Translations under genes and position numbers: made by a program
Notes under the pieces: generated by a model
Databases searched by the model: none
What the model saw: the letters and a program-made list of their open reading frames with translations, nothing else
What the model was told of the DNA's origin: nothing
Part shown: positions 41,301 to 53,300 of the stretch, in pieces
Layout of the letters: each line of letters opens with the position of its first letter
Position numbering within the stretch: position 1 is the first letter of the stretch
Assembly (NCBI GenBank): GCA_001938485.1
Contig: MQRK01210013.1
Coordinates: forward strand, 1 to 57,352
Length of the DNA stretch: 57,352 nt
Reading direction: 5' to 3'
Origin: Girardia tigrina
Taxonomy: Eukaryota

Positions 41301-44300
41301 CTCATCTATCACAGCTTTCTGAATATGGGTGAAACAATCACCGCAGAAAGGTACTGGCAACAAATTGAAAAAATACATCACGAGCTCCGATGTATGTGCC
41401 CGGCATTGGTCAATATGAAGAGACCAATTCTCCTCCATGACAACGCCCGGGCACACATCGCAAAACCGATCCTACAAAAGCTAAACAAATTGTGCTACGA
41501 AACTCTGCCTCATCCACCCTACTACCCTGGACCTCTCACCCACTGACTACCATTTTTCAAACATCTGGACAACTTCCTCGAGGAAAAATGCTTCAAAAAC
41601 AAAGTTGACTCCAAAGACGCCTTTAACGCTTTCATCGCATCCAGAATTCAATAGTTCTACACTAGGGGTATCAATAAACTTGTTTCTCGTTTGCAATAAT
41701 GTATTGATTCTGATTGTTTTTATTTCGATTAATAAACTTTAATCTGTGCTGAGTTTATTTTGTTTAATGTTTAGGTTCAAAAACGTGTATTGCTTTTGCA
41801 ACAACCTAATCTTAACAATAAACAATTAACCTCCATAAAATTCGGAATTATATCGTTCAACCTTTACTTTCATAAAATTTATATCTTCCAAGCAAATTTT
41901 CTAGAGAATTATTAAATCAAAATAATATTTATTTAAGAATTACAGAAACATCTCCATCATATATTATGAGTCCGCTTTCGTTGAGAAAAATAACTCTATC
42001 CAAGTTCGACAAAAAATTGATGTTTTGTGTAACAAATAAACGGGTAGTATTAGCTAAAATGCCATTATTGGAAATAACTCTTTCAAAAATCTTTTTTCCA
42101 ACCACTGCATCAAGAGCTGAAAGGGGATCATCTAACAGATAAATATCACTTTTCTGAAAAAATATTACAATGTTTTGTTAACGATATCTCAAAATATAAA
42201 AACTCTTATTCAACACTTTAATAATTAACAATTGAACTGATAAGAGTTTTAAGTTTAGAATGTACTGACATATGACGACGTTTTCCACGACAAATACCAG
42301 GATATGCATTTGTAAAACATAGATATCAATGTATGTGCTTCTAGGTATTGTTTAATAGCTGGCTGAAAAAAATCTTTTAAAAGTGCATGTACCAAAATTT
42401 ATGTTATTCATACTTTCGTTTTATTTTAGATGTTATGTAATGAGCTACGATCGACATTTGACAGCACAGCCTATTTGGATGATAGAGCAAAAGTTGTCAT
42501 TTAATTATAATATCTCATTCAACGCCATTCAATTGTGTAAACCTGCACCTGACAGCAGAACAAATAAAAATCTGTTTATTAAATGGAAAGACACAGATTC
42601 AATCTGGGATTTGACTAGGTCTGATAAACCGATATCAGTGACAACAGATGCTCCAAACGCAATTGTTGAAGAACGATATTTAGATCTTCCATCTACAAAT
42701 TGAATTAGATAAAAATAACCACTCATTGCGCCATATAATGATGGAACTTAGTCTATGTTTGCATCGTCAATGATTACTACGTGAATTGACTGAGGACGTC
42801 CCGTATCGAAGAGTTAAATTTATCGAAGAGATTCTTCAGGCCTTTAATGAAAATTGTAGGTTGGGTCATCAAACTCTTTTTCTTTCAGAGCACAATTACG
42901 GACAACAGCTTTCTAGAAATATTCTAGACTCACTTTATCTCAGTTTTCTGCGTGATCCACAACCATGAAGCATTTATCTTTCAACAAGATATGGTACCTC
43001 CACATTACACTACAAATGTCAGAGATTGGGTTGAAACAACATTCCTTGGACACTGGAATAGTCAACATGAAATTAGATTAGATCTTAATTTTCTTCTTAA
43101 AGACTGTCAAAGTGTGCATGTCGACTTGCAGTCTGCTGTGAAGCTAAAGGACGTCAAATTAAACATTCATATGATTAAACATAAATTTCAGATTCTGTTT
43201 TGTTATTTTGTATGTGTTGTTTGACATTTTCGATAAAAGTGGTTAAACCGGTAGGAAGTATTTATCAATCTATACAATTTCTATATAGATTTAACCTTTT
43301 TATTTGTCACAAAAACAAAATAATGATATAATAAAAATAATGATTATATTCTTGAGATAATTATATTCTTCAAAAATAATACCACCAAATTAGGGAGCGA
43401 CGATGCATCGTTTAACGATGCAGGTTTTTCGATGCGTCGTTAACAATGTAGTCTTTTGATGCGGGTTTTCGATGCATCGTAAACGATGCATCGACCGTAT
43501 TTAACGATTTGTCGCTCCCTACACCAAATTATAATATATGTAAACTGTGATACTTCATTTTTGAAAAACAGATTGTACTTGATTTCATTTTTTTGTGCTA
43601 TGTGTATGCATACGATGTGTTTAGGGACGTACATAATTATTTTTTCCATTTTGTAATCTTCGGTTGTGTGGTGTATTCATTTACCAAATGTGTTTGTCTG
43701 TCATTTGTTTTGCTGCGTGAGCGTACTTGACCTTATTTTTTATTTCAATCTTTTTATTTTAGTTTTGGTCTCGAGCTAATGTATTTAGTTTTCGTGTATT
43801 CAGTTTTATTTATGTACTTAATTTTATTTTTCATTTCAATCTTTTTATTTTTTTTATTTTTTTACTTTTAACATAATATAATGGAAAATTATAATTCAGA
43901 TATCCCGTGGTAATGTGAGATATTTGAATTATAATTCGAATTTAAAAATGCAATCAATGTAAAAATTAATGATTGTGATTTATTTATTTATTTAATTATC
44001 TGAAGACATAAATCGCTGACTACATCATTACTTATTTTTGCTGACGATATTAATATCCAGTTTTACTGTTGTTGGGTTCTTGATCAATATTAGAATTCAT
44101 AACACCAAAAATTTATTAATAACACAAATAACAATTATTTAAACAATTTTTCTTGAGGAACTTTTGTTTTCTTTTTTTTCTGACCAGATTTCTTATACAT
44201 AAAAATATGGAATTATAAATAATGATAAGCCATTTATTAAAATGAAATTTTAGAAATTATTATTTTTATTATTTAGAACTATTATTTTTTTTTATTGTAG

Positions 44301-47300
44301 AATTACAATTCTCAAAATTAAAATACAAAATATTATTCTTATTTTAGAAATAGAATTTTTGAATTTGAAATACAAAATATTATTCTATTTCAGAATTACA
44401 ATTCTGAAATTTAAAATACAAAATATTATTTTATTTCAGAATTACAATTCTCAAATTTAAAATACAAAATATCATTTTATTTTAGNNNNNNNNNNNNNNN
44501 NNNNNNNNNNNNNNNNNNNNNNNNNNNNNNNNNNNNNNNNNNNNNNNNNNNNNNNNNNNNNNNNNNNNNNNNNNNNTTAGAAATACAATTTTCAAATTTG
44601 AAATACAAAATATTATTTTATTTTAGAATTACAATTACGAAATTTTAAAATACAAAATATTATTTTATTTCAGAACTACAATTCTGAAATTTAAAATACA
44701 AAACATTATTCTTATTTTAGAAATACAATTTTCAAATTTGAAATACAGAATATTATTTTATTTCAGAATTACAATTCTGAAATTTAAAATACAAAATATT
44801 AGTTTTATTATAGAAATACAAAAATATTAACAATATTTAAATCTATTATTATATAATAGAGATTATTTACAAAAATTAATTATTCAAAAATTTAAAGAAT
44901 GAGCCCGTCCTTCACAACTGTATTACTATTTCGACAGAAAATTTTATAAAGAAAAGAAAAGAATCTGATACCAATTCCACAATCTACTATATTGTCTATA
45001 CAGTTGGGTATTTCTAAATCCCTTTGACAGTTGGGTGTTCCGAATAATTCGTCTCGATAATTAACGATTCTGTGTCTATTCGATATTTGACTAAAAAGTA
45101 CCTTACGGATTGTATATATTTGATTTTAAAGTATTGTTAGCTTTAATTACTTGTTATTAATTTTGGTTTAAGATAAAATACATACATCGTTATTCAAACG
45201 TTTTATTATGCATTAGCGACTAAACTCATCTAATCTAGAGATTAGATTAGTTTAGTATATCTATTATTCGTTAAAATAACTTATTTGTCGTCCTCGCCAG
45301 ATTGAAAATAAGTCGTTTTACATAGACAATCACCAAAATAATCAAAAGAAAAGTACTGTCAGCAATTGAATGAATGTTATGTAAATACTCAGAATTCTTT
45401 GTGATCATAAAACGAGGAATCTTTGAAGGTGACTAAGAGGATTTTGGGAAACTCTTCTAAATTTTTGAATTAAAATTTAACTAAACATTTTTTTCAAATT
45501 AATACAATATTTAAACTACAAAATTAAATATCAAGTTACGTTAAATTAAAGAAAAATATTTGAAAAAAGGTTTACATAACATATTACAGTTTTTAAAAAT
45601 ATAAAATGCAAGATTTAAAAAATAATAAAATTTACATATAATTAAACTGTATATTTAAATTTACAATTTATTTTGATATTATTGGTTTGTGCCAGAAAAA
45701 GCAAAAAGTGTTCCTCAGAAATTTACTTAATCAAAACTTGTTTAAATATTATGTTATATTGTTAACATAAAATAAGTTTCAAAAATGTCTTCATCTGAGT
45801 TTTCAGCAGAACAAATAATTGATTGGCTTTTCTTGAACATTTATAAATAATTAAAAGAACTTTCTCTGTTACATTCTCAGGGTTGTTTCTATATTACCGT
45901 ATTATCGCGCAGATGAGTCGCAAGCACCCATAAGTCGCACATGAGTTTTTTTAAATGCACTTTTTTGACCGATAAGCTGCGGCTTATATGCGTGATATAA
46001 CTATATAAAGTTATTGTAAAGTAGGCCTTTTTTGTAAAAATTTTTTGTTTGGTGTGTTCAAGATTGCTTTTATCGTTCTAAAATTTTAACTTCAAGTAAC
46101 AAGCAGAATTTTAAATTTGATGATATAGGGTTATTCAACTTTATATCTGTGAGGAATATTTGGTGTGGGGATGTTTTTGGGTAACGCACCAAAGTGTCAA
46201 TGTTCTTCCTTGCAATGAATAAGTATGTTTGTGTGTCTTGAGGGAGAGAGGGAGTCTGAATTAAAAACTCTGGTGGATTTGAATATTTGGGATTACGTGG
46301 GTAAATCGAAATTCGAGTGAATTGTATTATAAATAAATTTCCCTAAGATTCTTACCATTATTAGATGAGTATAATATTTAGTCATGAAAGAAGTATCGAA
46401 AAAGATGTTTTAAATTGTTATAATAGCAGTATTATGGTAGTCAAAATTTGATATATTGCTAGTGCCTTAAAAGTATTTATTTTTATAAAATTTAATATTC
46501 TTTGGTTTGATATTGCGTTATTTTGGCTGTTGATATTCTTAATTAAATAAACAAATTCGGATCACTGGTAAATGTACTTGTTCGAAAGGTCATAGAAATT
46601 ACAATTTAAATATCTTAATATATTGTTTCATCGACACTCCTTTAATAAGGAAGACAATTAGTATAGAACATTTTAATTAAAACGTTTGAGAATTTTTAAT
46701 AATTTTATGAAAATTCAAATTACGTTTTTAACAAAACATAATTTAAAACTAAAAAACAACAAAATGAAAGACTAATGTCATTTTTACTTGATAAACAGCT
46801 CTAGCGAGATTAATTCTCTGCTTCTGACCTCCACTAAACATCATTCGGTCGCCACTTGTCCATTCTCCTTTTTGGATACTTTCAAAATCAAAGTCTAGTG
46901 CGCACGCTTTTATGACTTCTTTGTATTCATTTTCATTGTATCTTTTTGAAAATAAAATATTTTCCATAGTAGATATTTTCTGTATCCAAGGATTTTGGGG
47001 TACGTATGATACCTTTCCCTAAAATAAATATACAAAAACTGTAAAGTTTACATATTAGTTCCTATAAAATTGTTATTGAAATAGAAATTAAAAAAATAAA
47101 ACATATCTACTTTCTGCTAAAATGTTTGTCTAGTGATGAAACACAAATGTCATGATGTCACTGCTATGATGTTTAAAATTTTAAATAATGAACAATAAGC
47201 AAATTATTTATTTTATCTATATGTAGGTAAATGACTTAGTCATAAGTAAACTTTAGAAACTATTTACAAATGGGATGAGTAAGTTTATTGGAGAATAGGA

Positions 47301-50300
47301 AAGTGTTAAAGTATAGAGTATAAAGAACTTGAATATGGTTTTCTAAACATTTTTATAACACAATTAGAATGGATTTTAAAATGCAATCTTAAACAAAACA
47401 TTTACTGATAGAAATTTTTCATAATTGCTAATTATCTTTTGTTATTCAACTCACAATTATTCAAAATAATCCAAAATAAATGTCACTAAACAAATTCATT
47501 ATTATAACTTGTAATATTTAATTATTTTAAATTAATAAAATATTTAAATAAGAAAAATAAATAACAGTATAATTTATTATAAAACATAAATTATTATTTC
47601 TAATTAGAAATAACACTTTTTAAGAATTTTGTGGAGCTCACATAAATTTTTGTATTTTAGTTTTTAAAATCTCTCAAAGGAATTTAGATAATTCCTCCAA
47701 CATTAACTTCCTGACATTTTCCTTAATGGATTAAATTTATTTTATGTAAATAAATTTATTTAGTAAAGAAACCATCTTATTTATTTGTATACTTAAGCTA
47801 CTTGATTGATTTTTTTCTTTGGTAAAAAGTTTAGATATATATTAGTTTAAAAATATCATTTTCATTTATTAACAGTGTAGTGATCCGATAATCGATAGCA
47901 AACAAAAAAAACTGACTTTTGTTTAATTAAATTAAATTTAAATTATTTAAACTTGGGAAATTCAAATGTGGTAAAAATGTCGTTGAAAATAAATTCTTCC
48001 GATTTCTTACTTTTTTAATTTTTTAAATTGTAATCGAATGAAATCGAGCGGACCAGAGCTGCCACCGCATTGTTCAGCGAATCGGCATCCGGACAACCCA
48101 CGTGGACGCATCGAGTGGACCACCGACCGATGCGACACCGCCGACAGGACCAACACACTTCGGCGAGCCGCTGTGGGTCGTTTGCGGCGCTGACGCGCGC
48201 CCGCGTATCGACCGTTGGAAACTGGAACCGACCGATCATGTCCGCCAGCGACAATTTCCCGCACAATTAAGAGTTGCTGGTTGCCGCCACTCGGTTCGGC
48301 AGTCGGTACCACAAACAGTTATAATGTAAATACAATATGTAATTCCCACATTTAAAAAGTAAAATAGATAGTTTTTTGCGACTCACAACTATTGAATAAG
48401 TATTCCTTGACTGAGCAAATCTTATTTATTTTAATTAGAAATATAAAAATGTTAAAATACTTAATATAAAATATTAAAATGAAACAAATAAATTACTAAC
48501 TTTTTAAAATTGTAAACAAAAAAGAATTTATATTATTAAAAAAATTTAATTAAAATAAAGTAGACTAAAAATTAATTTAAAAAATAAAAAATAATAATTT
48601 CAGAGATAAAGAGTGTAAATATTGTATTTGGATAAAAGTTTTTAATTCTTAATTTTAATACCGGTTTTCAAATTCCATAATACCGGTATTAACGGAGTTA
48701 ATTTTCTTTCCAAATGCCGGTAATACCGGTATTGCAAACCCTAATATTAACATTTAAATAAGGAATTGATGTTCATGTTATTACTATGTAGAAACTGGAT
48801 CATAAAATTACATTTGATAAAGTTAAAGGAGTTTGTATGTCACTTATGCTCGGAACATCATTTAGTTATGTGTTAATAGTCATAAAATAACTTAATATTA
48901 ACTTATCACATATATTTTAGAGAGATTTGTCGGTATATACATAAACGAATCTAAGAACATCATCGAAAGAGGATGGCAGAAACTTTGCTCAAAATAAAAG
49001 GAATTACTTAAATACTAATTGAAGACTTAATAAATTTTAAAATTCATAGTTTACACATGAATTATTACTGGGAAAGGATGATTTGTGAAACATTTAATTA
49101 CAAATGTTTAGGATCCTAAATTAAATTTACAAACTTCTTCTTAAAATTTATCGAAATTATTTTATGATGTAGTTTTTACATAATGAAAACATGAATATTC
49201 GCGAAATATCAGTATTTTAATTCAAATTTGAAGCATCTTTATCATTAAGAACAACCTAAAAGGAAATTTATTAAAAGTATTACAACCATTAATATAACTT
49301 ATGGTTAAATGAATTAAGAATTAAGTATTTGAGTAGAGTTATTTATATCGAGTGAAATACCAAGGAGAAATGAGACTAAATGTGTGATGAAAAAAGATTG
49401 CTGACTTCCCTTGGAGATTTTATCCAGATGTCGTTATTACAAGCTGTCGCAACACTTTGAAAATCGATGAAAACACTGAAGATCGTATCGCTATACTAGA
49501 GAGCGACACATCGTATCGTACATCGTTAAACGATACATCATCGCTCCCTACGCTGTACAATAGGCATGAAAAGGAATGCTGCCGCTCGTATTGTCGGGTA
49601 AGGCGTAAATCTGCGACGAGGAAGGATTTCGAAAAGTGCCGCCACTGAAACGGAAACCTTCAATCAAAGAAAGAGGTTGGATGGTTCGAGGGGATAGAGT
49701 GGACTTCTTTATATACGACTTTAAGCGGTCAGCATAGGCGGTAGCGATGCGTTTATGATCCAAGCTTTCATCAATGGACCGCCCGAAATGACCATGAGAA
49801 GTGTAGAGACTGAGGCGCTGACTGACATGCTAGTTCGGTTGATTCATGTGTACGTTAAGAAAGCGGCTGGATTAATTGCGGAGATTGCGACCATCGCCCT
49901 TCCCCGTTATTAAACACTGGTGGGTCAAAATTTTACTGTTGTGGAGGGAGCGGGTATTTTGCGCCCAAATGTGCGACTAAGAAGTTGCAAACAATATGAA
50001 TGCAATGTATATGCAATCTATGTGCAATGTATAAACTATTTATAGATTTTGTATTGCATTGTTATTGTATACATGGAGCCCATATATTCAAATATCGATT
50101 TTTACTCAATTTTTTGAAAATATTAAAATGGATTCTGACTATTCAAATATGGGTTGCTATATAAATATATGAGCACAATTTTCACATTATGCTTTGTTCT
50201 CCATGCCTAGGTCTATGCACCCTGTGCAGCCTAGACAACGAGAAATCGATTTATGTAATTTTTTAGAAAATGTTGACACGGATTTTGTACTATTGACACT

Positions 50301-53300
50301 TGGGTTTCTACCCATCTGCACTAGCAGAATTTTGATATTGTACTTGCTTCGACCTCTAAAGCCTATGGGCATTGTAAACCACTTTGTACTATACACCACA
50401 ACATTTCGATAATTGATTTACGTGCGTTTTCCTGAATATCTAAAATCAGATTCCGACTATTTACCTATGGGTTTTTATCCATGTGCATCAGTACAATTTT
50501 CATCTTGAGCTATATTCGACCTTTAAAACCTATGGGCATTATGCACCACTTTAAACTTTATTATAGGAAAAATAAATCAATATATCAAAATCTCTATTGC
50601 TTATTTGGATAGATAATCAAAATGTGCATCAAACACAATGGACACATCAAAATAATTTGCACTTTGAAAAATTGTCAAAATTGGAATTTATCCATTTTTG
50701 CGCACTTGTACTTCTGCTGCACTGTTTTGGCACATTTGCACATGTGCAGCACACTGTGCTCTATCGATTAGCACATTTTGGCACTTTTGCCATGATGTTA
50801 CCGTGACCCAGTGCTGATCGATAGTGAAAAGATGATTCGTCAGTGAAGTAGACCGGTAAAATTATACTATAATAGAAAATATCATTTCTCAATAAAAAAG
50901 TTACTAACATAAATCCAATACTCAGTAAACTGATGCAATTTAACCTATGTAAATTTCTTTTTTTTCATTGTCTGGTGACTTATCAAGTCTATTAAAGATA
51001 TTTTGCCTTAAGATTTAGGCAGCCAATATATGTAGGGTGTTTCGTAAATATTAGTGCAATATTAAAATCTATTTCTTACGATCAATCATAAAAAAGTAAT
51101 ATGTTAAAATATTTATTTAAGCCTTTAGAAAAAAGTAGTAGTCACTTTATAAAATATTAATTTTTAATCACGATGTAGTGACCATTTCCAACAAAAAATC
51201 AAACCACGTTAAAATTTTCACAAATTTAAATATTATTTAAATGTAATTTGAATTTCTTTAATTTTTTGTTGTCGCAAATCGATTTAATAATTACAAAATT
51301 AAAATTCCCAGAAGTTATTTTTTCACAAAGAATATCGGGATCAATCGACACAAGAATTTTTCCTCTTGAAATTATAAATAAAAAAACGAAAAACAATTGT
51401 TTTAATCGTCCAACGGAAATAATTCGAGTGTCACAAATTCAAAAACAACTTAGACATTTTTTTCACTGAGAGCGAACAGCCGAAAAGTATTGTACATTGT
51501 TTCGTGGCCAATAAATTTTGTACCCCCTTCAATGTATTACTTTTATTTTCGGCATGTAGGAACCGCCATGGAATCTCCCACTTCACACGACAGAAACACA
51601 TTGATTTTTAGTCAATTAAAGAAAATATAAATGCACTTATTTACACAATTGCATTAGTCAGTCTTCATGAGTCATGTCGGCGTTTTTATAAGAAATTAAA
51701 TAGAAATCTGTATTTTCACCGTCGCAAGTCAAAGAATGGAAATTAAAATTAATTGGAATTTAATAATCGCTTAGGAACTGGAATACCTGTTATTGCTATA
51801 TGGGTCATAAAGAAACGGGAGGTTTTGAGCTCTAAAGAAGATATCTGAAACGAGTTTAATGTGAGTTTTATCTCTATAAACAGAATGATCGAACACTAAA
51901 ATATTTTCCATTTAAATATGAAAATCATAATGATTTAAATGATGTTGATGGAAACAGCACGCAAAGAATTTTGTGATGATATGATGAATAAATTTAAAGA
52001 GTAACCATGGATAAAGGAAAATATATGATATTAGTTTACTAACTACTTCTGTATTTTTCATCAAATATTTTGCTTAGTTACAATAGTTTCATTCCGCAAA
52101 GTATGTGAGAGGATGACTAGCTTTCTAATTACAATAAAACAATTAAAGGCATAGCCAACTAGTGAACATCCATGGCAATTTCACTATCCCTAAAGTCCTG
52201 AAATTGAACCCAGTAAATTTTATAGATTCAGACATAAAAAGAAACATTTGAGTGGCAAAATATACCAAAATGCATATTTAAAATAGGAAGCTGAACTTTT
52301 TTTGCAAATTTTATTTAGAAATGTTTTTTTAGAACTATTGCATAGGTGGATAAAGTTTGTGGACCAAACTGGGTCTTATGCCGAAAGATAAACCGTATAT
52401 ATCATTGTTCCTATGTTAAAATATATCATGTGTTGGTTTCTTATAGCAGCAAGTCCGGTTTCGTATTTAATACACAACGTACCTCACAATATGGAACACA
52501 GTGTATCTCACTTGTAAAATTTTTAATAAGTTGTTATAAACAAGTATTGAAGATAAATACAAAGTTAGTCCTTATAATACCTTGATATTAATTGTTCCAT
52601 TGAGAATGCACATTTCTCCAATTATAGCATTTAATAACGATGTTTTCCCAGACGCAACTTTTCCTATTATACCAACCAACTGTCCTTTGTTAACATTAAG
52701 ATTGATACTAAATGATTTTAAAAATAATTTGATTGAAATGTAACGCTTTAAATTTACTTTTTCAATATGGGATCAGATTCAGGACCCCATGAAAACACAC
52801 CATCCTTTATTTCTATAACAGAATTTTCTAAATAATATAAAATATCTTTAAAAACACATGTAATAATAATGAAAAAATCAAATATAAACCTGTCTTATTT
52901 TGAGAGGAGCTTTGTTTCGCATTGCTTTCAATAAGAAAAAGACTCACTCTTTTCAAAGAAACATAACCCTGTTAAAAATNNNNNNNNNNNNNNNNNNNNN
53001 NNNNNNNNNNNNNNNNNNNNNNNNNNNNNNNNNNNNNNNNNNNNNNNNNNNNNNNNNNNNNNNNNNNNNNNNNNNNNNNNNNNNNNNNNNNNNNNNNNNN
53101 NNNNNNNNNNNTAAAGTAGCATTTTTTAAAATGACAACATACATTCATAGCAATAGTTATTCCATACGGTAAAACTGCCATTGGCGACCTCAGCATGTTT
53201 AATAAAACTACGGAAACAAAAGTAGCCTCAGCAGTTATTGTATAATTTGGAAAGATATTAACGTATGCCCATAGTGTAGTTAAAAGAACACTCATCGGAA

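Noticed and set aside
49560-49900. Another captured host-gene island
   Set aside because: IQAFINGP resembles retrotransposon gag, so it is more likely TE-derived.
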